Assembly (NCBI GenBank): GCA_043822785.1
Contig: JBDRBN010000044.1
Span: forward strand, 1-38,983
Direction: 5' to 3'
Source: Pseudomonadota bacterium
GTDB taxonomy: Bacteria; UBA10199; 2-02-FULL-44-16; JAAZCA01
DNA length: 38,983 nt
Part shown: in pieces, positions 8,108-17,625 of the stretch
How positions within the stretch are numbered: the stretch's first letter is position 1
How the letters are laid out: every line of letters starts with the position of its first letter
The notes under the pieces: generated by a model
Databases searched by the model: none
The model's input: only the letters and a program-made list of their open reading frames with translations
Told to the model about the DNA's origin: nothing
Made by a program: the position numbers and the translations under genes

Positions 8108-10096
8108 ATGAAATATTTAATCACATCTAATAGGTGGCTGGTCTTAAGTGTAACTCTGTTGGTCTTTGGATTGGGCATGATAGGCTGTAGTAAAAGTCAG
8201 CAAGTAGAAGGGATCGCTGAAGAGGTTTCTGAAGAAGGAGGGCCGTCTGATGAAATTGGTGTTGCTACGCCCATCGACGTGGGTATTGAGCTGCCGCCAG
8301 AAGAGGAAACAGAAGTTCCAACTGTGCCCGAGCAGCCACAACCTGATGCGCAGGCCCCGAGCGTAATCAGTACCAATCCTGCAGATGGCAGTGTCAGTGT
8401 ATCCCATTATGGTTTAATCCGGGCGAAAGAGGGTCAGACGCCATTACCACCTATCAAACCACCCAAGAAGATTATCATAACATTTGATGAAGAGATCGAT
8501 GCCTCTGGAGCAGAAGTAAGTTCGCTGCAGCTCTCGCCGCTAGTCGGTGTTTCAAGTGTTACGCCTCTTGGTACCCAGTCTGTCAGCTTTACGCTGGAAG
8601 AGCCACTTGCTGTAGATACAAAGTATGAGGCTACCCTTAAAAAAGGCGTTATTAAAGATGTTTCAGAGAATGCGATGAAAGCCGATTACACCTGGCACTT
8701 TAAGAGCGCTCCTTGTGGCGATGGCCTTGGGCTTCTACCGTGTCCAACGGTAGAAAATATCCTAGAAAAAATTAGCACAGAGAAAATTATCGCAGAAAAA
8801 ATTAGCACAGAAAAGAAACACGAAGGACTCTATCTAAGCGATGAATCCAAATTCAAATTGCCAGCGGTTGGTAGTAAACAAAAGGACGGAACGGACTTTT
8901 CAGGCCCGTGTAATATTGATGTGTGTCTTACAAAAGACTGTGAGCCAACTAAAAATAATGTCGTAACCGAACTCGATGTGATGGCAAGCAATGATGGTAT
9001 CCATCAGCTAGAGATTGGCTGTAATGATATTGGAAGTTTAGGGAAACCAGGGCTTTCGCCGGCCATGTTGCCGTCAGCTGGAAAAGAGTTGGGCGGCCAA
9101 TATACTATCAAGCCTCCTTTGGGCTTTGTCCTTGCAGGATGGTATGCCCAGAGTGGTTTGAACGATGTGGAGTCAATTATACCGTACGCCAAAAAACTGG
9201 ATGTATGGGGTGTTAATGACGAGGTCTTATGGAGTGGTAAGCAACTTGGCCATCCAGTCGCTGGCTTATCTAAGTGGCAGCTTTACCTCTGCCCAAAAGG
9301 CTCTGTGCTCAGTTGGGTTAGTGGCCAATTTTACAACACCTCTTACAAAACACCAATGTTTGGAGTTGAGAAATTAAACCTGTTGGAAGGCTTTTGTCGT
9401 AAAGTCGTCAATGATGATGTTGCCAAGCCAAAGGTTGCATCTGTCGAATTGATAAAATCACAGAAAATCGAAGCCCCGATCGGAATAGTAGCCAAACCTT
9501 GTGTCTTATCCTGTCAAGATGAGAAGCATCCCAATGGTGTTGTAGTAGGGTTTGAAGCCGTTACGTCGAAGAAATTGATTGAGGGTATCAAAGTCATCAA
9601 GGAAGTGCAGCTCCTGTGTAAGGATGTGACAACAGCGGGACTTGAGCCAAAGGGCTCTAAGTACAGAAAAACTGGCAGTTGTGGCTTTTTGCCACCTGAT
9701 GAGCAACACAAGCGAATCACCATATCGCCCGGGTTTGCTGCCAATGGAATCTATGCTCGTGCGGGGGATCTTTTTGATCAATTGGCTTTTTATGGGACAC
9801 CAGTCGATGTGTTTGATGATGGGTCACCGGTCAATGCTGGAGAAAATAATGGGAACGTTCTCAGTTCAGTCAAGGCTGGTGGCAAAGGAGGTGGACAAAA
9901 GCTAGAGGAATATTGTCCGCAGCACAAAGTCATAACCAAAATTACCTTTTCTGCGGGTAACTTTAATTTTGAACCAGGAACCGATGCATATGCAGGAACC
10001 GAGTATGGCATTCCGGTTGTCTTTGGCATCCGTGATTTCACTTGCGCTAAGGTTGACCGAACTTTTGGGGAGAGAATAGAAACGCTTAAGCAGTGA
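8108..10096 (+). CDS. Lipoprotein with bacterial Ig-like (Big_5-type) domain and two Cys-rich beta-prism/lectin-like repeats
   Basis: Signal peptide ending GMIG-C; PSVISTNPADG...ITFDEEID...YTWHFKS; duplicated Cys/Gly-rich C-terminal modules; ATG 8108 follows GAGGT. Confidence 0.75.
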   Translation: MKYLITSNRWLVLSVTLLVFGLGMIGCSKSQQVEGIAEEVSEEGGPSDEIGVATPIDVGIELPPEEETEVPTVPEQPQPDAQAPSVISTNPADGSVSVSHYGLIRAKEGQTPLPPIKPPKKIIITFDEEIDASGAEVSSLQLSPLVGVSSVTPLGTQSVSFTLEEPLAVDTKYEATLKKGVIKDVSENAMKADYTWHFKSAPCGDGLGLLPCPTVENILEKISTEKIIAEKISTEKKHEGLYLSDESKFKLPAVGSKQKDGTDFSGPCNIDVCLTKDCEPTKNNVVTELDVMASNDGIHQLEIGCNDIGSLGKPGLSPAMLPSAGKELGGQYTIKPPLGFVLAGWYAQSGLNDVESIIPYAKKLDVWGVNDEVLWSGKQLGHPVAGLSKWQLYLCPKGSVLSWVSGQFYNTSYKTPMFGVEKLNLLEGFCRKVVNDDVAKPKVASVELIKSQKIEAPIGIVAKPCVLSCQDEKHPNGVVVGFEAVTSKKLIEGIKVIKEVQLLCKDVTTAGLEPKGSKYRKTGSCGFLPPDEQHKRITISPGFAANGIYARAGDLFDQLAFYGTPVDVFDDGSPVNAGENNGNVLSSVKAGGKGGGQKLEEYCPQHKVITKITFSAGNFNFEPGTDAYAGTEYGIPVVFGIRDFTCAKVDRTFGERIETLKQ

Positions 10097-10127
10097 ACTC
10101 GCACTATCAAGGATTAGTTTTGAAATA

Positions 10128-10169
10128 ATAAAAAACTACCCCAGGGGCGCTAGCCTTTGGGGTAAATTT
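10128..10169 (-). terminator. Intrinsic terminator downstream of the BaiN-family gene
   Basis: TACCCCAGGGGC/GCCTTTGGGGTA stem followed by a T-run on the minus strand, about 35 bp after stop 10206. Confidence 0.7.
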
Positions 10170-10205
10170 TGGTGTGGCTGGCGTTTCTCCGTCCCACATT
10201 ATGTT

Positions 10206-11375
10206 TTATAACAATTCTCCGGCTGCGCTTGCAGAGGCCCATGCCCAGTGCAGATTGTATCCACCCAGGTCGCCTGTCACGTCAACGACTTCGCCTATAA
10301 AATAAAGGCCGGAGCAGAGTCTTGATTCCATAGTCTTGGATGAAAGTTCCCGTGTATCCACGCCTCCAAGCGTGACCTCGGCTTTGTCAAAGCCCGCTGT
10401 TGCGTGCGGCGTAATGTTGAAGCGATGTAAAGTCGCGTCGATTTTGCCGATATCTTTGTCCGAGAGTTCATTCACGCGCTTAGAGGGTAAACGGCTTCTG
10501 CACAGCGCTTTGGCCAGGCGCGCGGGCATATGGCGCGAGAGAAACGTAAAAAGTTCCATGCGCGACGTAGCGGCCCTCTTTTTGCGCAGAAGTAGAGCGA
10601 TGTTCTTGCCCGGCATGAAATCAATGGCGATTTCCTTTTCTTTGTCCCAGTACAGCGACGATTTTAACATCGCAGGGCCGCTTAAACCCTTGTGCATGAT
10701 CAGGCAACCGCCGGCAAACCTCTTTTTGCCGTTTATCACTTCGGCGTGAAAAGATATTCCGCTTAACCCAGAGAAGATATCCTGGTCGCATGGAGCAAGC
10801 AGATAAGGCACCAGCGCCGGTCTGCACGGCACCACAGCATGGCCAAACTGCTTTGCTATGCGATAACCCAGATCAGTTGCTCCGAGTTTTTTAAAAGAAA
10901 GGCCGCCTGTGGCCACAACGAGTTTGCGGGCCCGAATAGTGCCTGTGCTCAGAGTTACCATGAAATCGCCTTGCTTCTTTATCGATTTCACATTGCCTAT
11001 ACTGATTTTAATTCCGCGGTTGCAGAGCTCGCCCATAAACATATCGAATATTTTTCTTGAAGATCCTTTGAGAAAGAGCTGGCCCTGTTCCTCAACAGAG
11101 AAGCTGATCCGGTGCTTTTTAATCATAGAGATCATGTCTTGAGGCGTGAACCTTGCCAGAGCCGACTTGACAAAGTGGGCATTGCCGCAGACGTAATCCT
11201 CCGGCCTTACATTCAGATTCGTGAAGTTGCATCTGCCGCCGCCTGACGCCAAAAGCTTTTGCGCAAAGCTCTGCCTGCGGTCGATGAGGATGATTTTGCG
11301 GCCGCGCCTTGCAGCGGAAATGGCGCACATGAGGCCGGATGCTCCGGCACCAAGTATAATTGCGTCATAAACCAC
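10206..11375 (-). CDS. HI0933/BaiN/YhiN-family flavoprotein
   Basis: GAGASG, SGGGRCNFTN, ATGGLS, VTLGGV, GGYNLHWAWASA. Confidence 0.9.
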   Translation of the reverse strand: MVYDAIILGAGASGLMCAISAARRGRKIILIDRRQSFAQKLLASGGGRCNFTNLNVRPEDYVCGNAHFVKSALARFTPQDMISMIKKHRISFSVEEQGQLFLKGSSRKIFDMFMGELCNRGIKISIGNVKSIKKQGDFMVTLSTGTIRARKLVVATGGLSFKKLGATDLGYRIAKQFGHAVVPCRPALVPYLLAPCDQDIFSGLSGISFHAEVINGKKRFAGGCLIMHKGLSGPAMLKSSLYWDKEKEIAIDFMPGKNIALLLRKKRAATSRMELFTFLSRHMPARLAKALCRSRLPSKRVNELSDKDIGKIDATLHRFNITPHATAGFDKAEVTLGGVDTRELSSKTMESRLCSGLYFIGEVVDVTGDLGGYNLHWAWASASAAGELL

Positions 11376-11390
11376 ATCGTTCTCCTTGTT

Positions 11391-12551
11391 TTAATCATCG
11401 AACTTGATCGCCAGCGCCTTGAGGTAAAGCGATTCTGAAAGCCCGTCAAGAACAGGATGATCGATATCCTGTTTACCGCGCCATATGATCGCGCCTTTGC
11501 GGCCTGATTTTTTTAGGCACTCAAGCGAGGTCTCTTCAAGGATCCTTTGGGTGATCTTATGCGAGCAGGAGCTTATCATGAGAATGCCGCCCTGCTTCAA
11601 AAGCTTTATCCCACCATTGAAGAGCTTCCTGTAACCGCTTATGGCCTGCGCAGTTTCCGCACGGTTCTTTGCCATGGCAGGCGGATCCATGTGGACGAAG
11701 TCAAACTGCTCTTTGCAGTTTTTAATATAATTAAAGACATCTGCCTTGATGAACTCGATGTTTGTCTGCGAGTTGATCTCTGCATTGCGGCGGGCTGCCT
11801 CAAGCGCCGATTTGGAGCAGTCCACTGCAACAACGCTCTTTGCTTTGGCGGCGATCTGGCATGCAAGCCACCCTTGATAGCAGAACGCGTCAAGGGTTTT
11901 GCCGCGCGACAGCTCGCACGCCTTCATGCGTATGCTGCGGTAATCGAGATATGCGCCGGTCTTCTGTCCTGAAAGAACGTCGAGTTCAAACCGCATGTCT
12001 TTCTCGCGCACCATTGCAATCGAAGAATCACCGCAAAGAATTTTATCCTTGCCCGCAATGCCTTCGGAACGAGACATCGCCCTGCTTGAGCGCTCTATTA
12101 TGGCGCGCGGCTCAAGCACATCTTCAATAGCAGCCACGATGTCATCGCGAACGGTCTGTGCTCCTTGCGAGGTGATCTGCAGGGATACGATGTCGTTGTA
12201 GCGATCGATGATGATCGATGGCATGCCGTCGCTTTCGGAGTGCACCACGCGATATGTATCGGTTTGTTTCTCGAGCGGTTGCCTTCTATTAAGTGCTTTT
12301 CTGATCTGATCTGCCCAGAATCTGCGGTCGATTTCTGCCTTGTGGCGAGTGATGATGCGCAGGTAATAGCGCGAGCCTGGTGAGAGAAAGGCATGGGCAA
12401 TGACGCGGCTCTGTCGATCAAACACCCTGGCAATGCATGGGATCTTCGGCTTTCTGCCCACTATGTCCTGTTCTGAAATCCACAGGACACCCTCATTTAA
12501 ACGCTTTGCAGCGCGCGCTGAGAGGGTAACCGTCTGTAAAACCATAACCAT
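11391..12551 (-). CDS. rlmI: RlmI/RlmK-type class I SAM-dependent rRNA methyltransferase
   Basis: PUA-like N-terminus, RVVHSESDGMP, GQKTGAYLD, DPPAM, SSCSH. Confidence 0.8.
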   Translation of the reverse strand: MVMVLQTVTLSARAAKRLNEGVLWISEQDIVGRKPKIPCIARVFDRQSRVIAHAFLSPGSRYYLRIITRHKAEIDRRFWADQIRKALNRRQPLEKQTDTYRVVHSESDGMPSIIIDRYNDIVSLQITSQGAQTVRDDIVAAIEDVLEPRAIIERSSRAMSRSEGIAGKDKILCGDSSIAMVREKDMRFELDVLSGQKTGAYLDYRSIRMKACELSRGKTLDAFCYQGWLACQIAAKAKSVVAVDCSKSALEAARRNAEINSQTNIEFIKADVFNYIKNCKEQFDFVHMDPPAMAKNRAETAQAISGYRKLFNGGIKLLKQGGILMISSCSHKITQRILEETSLECLKKSGRKGAIIWRGKQDIDHPVLDGLSESLYLKALAIKFDD

Positions 12552-12575
12552 GTTAGCGATAGTCTATCCCGGTTT

Positions 12576-12760
12576 CTATGCAGGTCTTACTAATGATGTT
12601 TGCAGAATATAGTGACCACTGCGGAAAATGTCATTCCCGCATGTTGTAGGCGGGAATCCAGACCGTGTCAGCCTCTGCTGGATCCCCGACAAAACCACTC
12701 GGGGATGACAAACAGTCACTATATTCTGCAAACATCATTAATGCCATCGTGTATGCATCA
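12576..12760 (-). repeat. Displaced duplicate of the M16 peptidase 3' end (att-like), split by a MITE
   Basis: 12577-12592 is identical to 17933-17948; 12741-12760 matches 17949-17968 at 17/20; rejoined it reads DAYTMALVRPA* versus DAYTMAVVRPA*. Confidence 0.88.
12593..12738. mobile_element. 146-bp MITE with 24-bp TIRs and TA target duplication
   Basis: ATGATGTTTGCAGAATATAGTGAC / GTCACTATATTCTGCAAACATCAT, perfect; TA on both sides; removal restores colinearity with 17932-17968; internal GTCATTCCCGC...GGGGATGAC doublet at 12630-12709. Confidence 0.85.
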
Positions 12761-12761
12761 G

Positions 12762-12789
12762 ATTTCCTAACACATTTCCTAACACATTT
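12762..12789. repeat. 12-bp tandem repeat next to the att-like core (possible arm-type sites)
   Basis: ATTTCCTAACAC x2 + ATTT. Confidence 0.7.
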
Positions 12790-13056
12790 TGCAAGCGAAA
12801 ATGGATAAGTTTCATGCGGTGATCGGGTTTTGATCAGAGAACTGCAAGTGATGAATAAAATCTGTGAAGGAGTGAGGAACAGCATTTAAAAAATGAAATC
12901 GAGCGTTTTTCTACAGCGCTCATCTGCAACGAGTTGATTCGGGCAAGATTGTAGTGTGCTCTCATCGATACTCCGTCACGGGCTTTCTTTAGTCCGAGTT
13001 TGCCATGGATATCGTCAATTTAGTCGGTGCTGTCGGATTTGGGTAAAAATAGTAAG

Positions 13057-13082
13057 CAACTTTTCTGAAGGACAGCCGAGAA
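13057..13082 (+). promoter_or_regulatory. sigma28-like promoter motif
   Basis: CAAC-N14-GCCGAGAA. Confidence 0.4.
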
Positions 13083-13134
13083 CTAAAGTGAAATGACCTG
13101 TTTTTCTGATATGTAGACAAAGTTGATAAAATAA

Positions 13135-13276
13135 GGGCACCTCTAAAAACCCCAATTTTTTGTTTGTCATCCCCGCGAAGGCGGGGATCTAGTCATGGGA
13201 AACGTGATAAATACTGGATTCCCGCTTTCGCGGGAATGACAACAGAACATATTATCATAGGTTTTTAGAGGTGCCC
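13135..13276. mobile_element. 142-bp MITE with 17-bp TIRs and ATAA target duplication
   Basis: GGGCACCTCTAAAAACC / GGTTTTTAGAGGTGCCC; ATAA at 13131-13134 and 13277-13280; internal GTCATCCCCGCGAAGGCGGGGATC...GGATTCCCGCTTTCGCGGGAATGAC doublet. Confidence 0.85.
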
Positions 13277-13352
13277 ATAAGTGAGTCATAGCCCGAAGGG
13301 AGGTTGGGTTATGAAGAAAGAGAAGACGGATCTTCAGAGGATCGCTTGCAGG

Positions 13353-13378
13353 CAACTTTCGCAAGATATCCTAGATAA
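13353..13378 (+). promoter_or_regulatory. Weak sigma28-like promoter motif
   Basis: CAAC-N14-CTAGATAA, 26 nt upstream of ATG 13405. Confidence 0.3.
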
Positions 13379-13404
13379 TAAAGCATCATTTTCGAGGAGG
13401 ACCA

Positions 13405-13776
13405 ATGTCTGAAAGATTTCACTGCAACAATGAAAAAAAGACTTGTTGGCAGCATACCTTTGTCTTCCGCGATGACAATCGAAATGGCATTCTGGATCTT
13501 TCAGATTCGGTCGATCTGATCCATGAAACCGGCACGAAGGGGGGCGACGGAGACGTTCATGATCTCTCGCTGTCGTGGGTAAAAACAAATACCGTCAGAC
13601 AATTCCTCTCCAGCTCGGGAGGATTTTACAGCGGTTTTTCCCCGCTCGTTCGTCTGACGAGATTTCTGGGCCCGATGATTCCGTCAAAAATCAGACTCGG
13701 GGGAATCTGGGATTACCTCGGCCGCGAACAGAAAAAATGGGAAGAAGCGGGAAGTGAAATACCGATCCGGGACTAA
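13405..13776 (+). CDS. Hypothetical protein
   Basis: Strong GAGGAGG RBS; DDNRNGILD Ca-binding-loop-like motif; converges on the M4 peptidase stop. Confidence 0.6.
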   Translation: MSERFHCNNEKKTCWQHTFVFRDDNRNGILDLSDSVDLIHETGTKGGDGDVHDLSLSWVKTNTVRQFLSSSGGFYSGFSPLVRLTRFLGPMIPSKIRLGGIWDYLGREQKKWEEAGSEIPIRD

Positions 13777-13786
13777 AGGCTTACGG

Positions 13787-16700
13787 TCACGGGACAAGGT
13801 AGAAGCCGATCCCCTTTCCCTGAATTTCGCCCACCTTATTGCAGCTGTTCACGGCGCGCACGTTGACGCCATAGGGGGTCCAGTACTTGAGCGAGAAGGG
13901 CGGTGATTGGGTACCCTGCGCGGTCTTTGTCCCGACAAATCCACCTCCAAATACATAAACCTCAACCTGATAGCTCTTGGCACCCGAGACAGGGTTCCAC
14001 TTGAATGTGAAGTTGTTGGGGGTCGACGTTTTGGTGACACAGGTATTGCAATAATAGGCGTGGGAGCCGGCAGGCAGGCTTGTCACAACCGCCTCTCCCA
14101 GATCCGGACAAGATTGCCCTTCGCCTAACCCGGACCCAGATCCCGACTCTCCTCCCTCCTTTGAGGACGGTTGGGGAGACCCAGGTTTCGTAACAAACGA
14201 TGGAACGATCGCGGAACAGATGTCGATGTTGGGTAGTTTCTTGGCGCAAACCTGCCATTGATAGCCCGTGTCGGGTTGGAGAACGCGTGTCGCCTGCGTT
14301 TGGGAGGCCAGATATCCCCCCGCGCCGAGTCCACCGGTTATGCTGGATATCTTCAGATGGATCTCATCGACCGGATACTCAGCACAGCCATCGCACACCC
14401 ATTGAAAGACCGTCGGATTGTATTCGACGTTTGTGGCCCCGTGCGCCGGGCTGACGGGGACCGGTTGCGGCGGACCGATGTCATAACTGACATTGCTCGA
14501 TGGGTTCCCCGGATAACCCTTCGGACCGATCGCCGTCACGTTCCAGGTGTAGCCATCCTTGTTGACAGAATAGGAGGAGCCGGGGCTGTCCCAGTGCAGC
14601 GATTGTTCATCGTGTTTTACGCCTGCTACCGACGGTGGATTAGGAAGGCATCCGCCCTTCTTGAGGCAGATGGCCAATTGATACGAGACCGCACCAGGGA
14701 TCTTCTTCCAGATAAAACGGACCGGTTTCTTGAACGGAAGAACGCCCTTTGGATAGATCGCCTCCGACTTGGTCTTATTGTAATCAGCAGTAAAAGAACC
14801 CTTGGAGAGCCCTCCCCATTCGGAATAGGGAGGCGGCCCCTTGGGAGTCACCGCCCAATAGAAGGGGCCCTCTGTTCCAACCGCATCGAGATTCGTCCCA
14901 AGAATATTTTTAGGTTTCGTCTCATCAAAAAGGGGCTTGGTCAGATTTTCATTGGTCGAAACGACCACGTGATACTCCACCGACCCTTTCCAATCTTTCC
15001 ATTTCAAACCAATCCCCCAAGGGGAAACGACCGCCCCATTCGCAGGTGAATCCAACATCGCAACCGGTAGGGCGGTTTTAAAGGAGACTTTGGACCAATC
15101 TCCCCAGGTCTCATCAGGCCCGACCGGCATGACACGCCAATAGTACCCCTTGCCGACCTTGAGATCGAAGTTTTCCTTCAGACCGGTCGTTGTCTTTTCG
15201 TCATTTGCGGCAAAATCGGCGCTCTCAGATACCTGAACCCTGTACTTCACGGCGTCAGGAATTGATGTCCAGGAGAACTTCCCGTCCCACGGGTTCTGCG
15301 AGGTGCTGCCAGATGCCGGAGAAAGCAATTTAACCTGCTTGGAGGCGGTCTTGAAAGACAGAACCGGCGACCAATCGGTCCATTCCGCCTCCTCGTCGGT
15401 TTCCGAAAAGGGAGTTCGAGACGACTTGTTCGGCGGCGCCTCTCTGGAACCGCCCAACCATTTACTGAGGCCTTCCAAGATGCTTTTGAATACTCCCTCT
15501 TCCTGCGACGGGGCCGGAGCCGTCTGTTGGAGCCCATATCTCCCCCGGACCCGCCAGTAATAGATCTTGCTCGATTCCAGAGGGAGATCGGCCACTACGC
15601 TCGGGGCGCCTCCCAAACCACCGGTATAAAGGGCGGATGTCGAAACCGTCTTGAGCATAGCGGAATTGAAATCAAGAGTGGGAGAAACTTGAAACTCCCA
15701 TTCCGTCTCCGATGGGAGCGGCTTGCACTCGAGATGCGTCTTCCAATTCTCGACGTTCGCTTCCCCCATTTGTGGCGAGCAGTTCCGATCGGCTTGGTAC
15801 TTATCCCCCACACCGACGGCATGCCAGGCGTTCGTGACCGCGATGACCTCCTGGGAATCCTTTCCGTAAAGGGTCTCGGCAACACCGATCGAGAGGACTC
15901 GAAAATCCTTAAACGTCGCCGCCGACGGCATCATCGTCATCGTCAGGTAGGCCAGGTCGAGATAAGAAGAGTTCTTCTTCCCGATTCCGACAACCTTGTA
16001 ATCGTCGCCGTTCCCGTTCTTTCCCTCCCCCCCATCCACGATGAGATAAAACCAATGACTCAGGATGGTACTGTTCTTGTGGATGCCGCAAAAATCGTTC
16101 TTCTCCGAACAAGGGCTATAAAGGATGCTGTTGTCGTAAGGGGTATTGCCGTAGGTGTCCGGATTCGAGGTCCACATCTTTTCCACCGGGTCATAGGTTT
16201 TCCAGACAGATTTCTGCGGTTCCTTGAAATTTAGCGAGCACGGTTCAGACATCAGGGGGGTGGCCTTGCACCAGGAAGGAGGAGTTCCTTCCTTATCCGC
16301 TTGAACGAACATCCCAAAGAGGTCGGCAAACCCTTCCATCAACGCTCCGGTCTCTCCCATGTTCACCAGGCCTGGATTCGCCATTCTCTGGACCGCGTGG
16401 GTATATTCGTGTCCGACCGTCTCGAGGTTGACGCAGGGGGGCAAGCTCTTATCCAACACCTTGATTTCATAACCGCGGAACCCAAGTATGGGAGGATTTT
16501 GGCTCGTTGCCGCGGCGCAGTTGCTAGGTGAGTCCTTGAAAAAAATAATGGATTTGGTCGGTTCGATATCGGGGGTCAGGAAGGTGTTTCGATAGTAGGA
16601 CATCACCTGCTGAACCCCCCAATGAACGCTCGCCGCAACTTCGCCCTCCTGGCTCTGGAAATTGTGTTCCTCATCGTCGTCGACGCTTTCCTCGATGTCC

Positions 16701-17614
16701 GAGAACTGCATTGTTTGAGCGGCCCCGTCGGGACAATCCAGCGTCTCAATTTCCGGCGTTTCCACCGTCAGCCGGTAACGAATATCCGGCGGCGTTGCAA
16801 GGACATCGATTGGAATCTTTCCGACCACAAACTCCTGCGTCCCGTTGTATAAGGTCTCCCCCTTGATCGCGACATCCTCTTCCCAAATGCCGCTCATTTG
16901 ATTGACGATCTCTGCAGTCTTTGCATCGACATCGAAAATCTTGGCACCGAAAGAATTCGACGGGGTGACACAGAAGCGGTAGACCAGCCGAAAACTTTCG
17001 GGCGTGAACCGGAAATTTTCGGAACTGACAGCCAGTTGTCCCTTTGGAGTTTCCTTATAATCCGGTTCCGAGGAGCTCTCAAAGAGCTGATCGGTCCCGA
17101 CTGCATCGGCCACGGAGGCCAATGCTTCCAACTCCGAGATCGCCGGGGTGACGTCCAGCGTCAGGCCGGAGGCGATCTTTCCGACTGCAAAGGTCACTGC
17201 TCCATCATTCTCATGAAGAACATAGTCCGCCCCCAGGACGTCAAGCCCCTTGTACTGTTGCTTGAAACGACTTTGAACCAGTCCCCATTTGTCAAGCGTT
17301 CTGCTGCTGATTTCCGACATCTGATCGTTCGCGCCAAGACCAAGACCCGGGGCGTAAGACTCAAAGAATTCGGCGCGGGAGACCTGCGTATTCGGCTTCA
17401 ACCGGACGCTTCGGACCTGTCCGTCCACTACGTCGACGCGCTCGGAGTCTTGCCAGATCCAGAAGGCCTGGTCCTCTGGGGTTGAGATCAATTGTCGGGG
17501 GATGGGGGAAATAATCGATGGCGTCTTGGAAACCGGACCGGATGGTTCGGCCGCGCCTACAGCGGTTGCCAGAAGAAAAGAAAGCAGAAACGATAGTAAC
17601 TCAGATTTCCACAT
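13787..17614 (-). CDS. Secreted M4 (thermolysin-family) metallopeptidase with propeptide and tandem FN3/Ig-like C-terminal domains
   Basis: Signal peptide from ATG 17614 (AAGGAG RBS); RFKQQYKGLDV FTP-like propeptide; GHEYTH, GALMEGFAD, GIHKNS; repeated YYWRV-type modules. Confidence 0.88.
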   Translation of the reverse strand: MWKSELLSFLLSFLLATAVGAAEPSGPVSKTPSIISPIPRQLISTPEDQAFWIWQDSERVDVVDGQVRSVRLKPNTQVSRAEFFESYAPGLGLGANDQMSEISSRTLDKWGLVQSRFKQQYKGLDVLGADYVLHENDGAVTFAVGKIASGLTLDVTPAISELEALASVADAVGTDQLFESSSEPDYKETPKGQLAVSSENFRFTPESFRLVYRFCVTPSNSFGAKIFDVDAKTAEIVNQMSGIWEEDVAIKGETLYNGTQEFVVGKIPIDVLATPPDIRYRLTVETPEIETLDCPDGAAQTMQFSDIEESVDDDEEHNFQSQEGEVAASVHWGVQQVMSYYRNTFLTPDIEPTKSIIFFKDSPSNCAAATSQNPPILGFRGYEIKVLDKSLPPCVNLETVGHEYTHAVQRMANPGLVNMGETGALMEGFADLFGMFVQADKEGTPPSWCKATPLMSEPCSLNFKEPQKSVWKTYDPVEKMWTSNPDTYGNTPYDNSILYSPCSEKNDFCGIHKNSTILSHWFYLIVDGGEGKNGNGDDYKVVGIGKKNSSYLDLAYLTMTMMPSAATFKDFRVLSIGVAETLYGKDSQEVIAVTNAWHAVGVGDKYQADRNCSPQMGEANVENWKTHLECKPLPSETEWEFQVSPTLDFNSAMLKTVSTSALYTGGLGGAPSVVADLPLESSKIYYWRVRGRYGLQQTAPAPSQEEGVFKSILEGLSKWLGGSREAPPNKSSRTPFSETDEEAEWTDWSPVLSFKTASKQVKLLSPASGSTSQNPWDGKFSWTSIPDAVKYRVQVSESADFAANDEKTTTGLKENFDLKVGKGYYWRVMPVGPDETWGDWSKVSFKTALPVAMLDSPANGAVVSPWGIGLKWKDWKGSVEYHVVVSTNENLTKPLFDETKPKNILGTNLDAVGTEGPFYWAVTPKGPPPYSEWGGLSKGSFTADYNKTKSEAIYPKGVLPFKKPVRFIWKKIPGAVSYQLAICLKKGGCLPNPPSVAGVKHDEQSLHWDSPGSSYSVNKDGYTWNVTAIGPKGYPGNPSSNVSYDIGPPQPVPVSPAHGATNVEYNPTVFQWVCDGCAEYPVDEIHLKISSITGGLGAGGYLASQTQATRVLQPDTGYQWQVCAKKLPNIDICSAIVPSFVTKPGSPQPSSKEGGESGSGSGLGEGQSCPDLGEAVVTSLPAGSHAYYCNTCVTKTSTPNNFTFKWNPVSGAKSYQVEVYVFGGGFVGTKTAQGTQSPPFSLKYWTPYGVNVRAVNSCNKVGEIQGKGIGFYLVP

Positions 17615-17625
17615 AAGGAATCTCC

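Noticed and set aside
8764..8811. Short direct repeat AGAAAAAATTAGCACAGA in the lipoprotein gene
   Set aside because: In-frame linker duplication (EKISTEK); no sign of a diversity-generating template/variable repeat pair and no reverse transcriptase.
12790..13130. Possible integrase remnant next to the att-like site
   Set aside because: No tyrosine or serine recombinase motif recognisable by eye; a translated HMM search would be needed.
13311..13412. 33-codon ORF with GGAGG upstream
   Set aside because: Too short, no motif, and overlaps the putative promoter and RBS of 13405; cannot be supported.
14258..17485. Long plus-strand ORFs (263, 235 and 195 aa) within the island
   Set aside because: Antisense shadows of the M4 peptidase gene with no recognisable motifs; none looks like an integrase.
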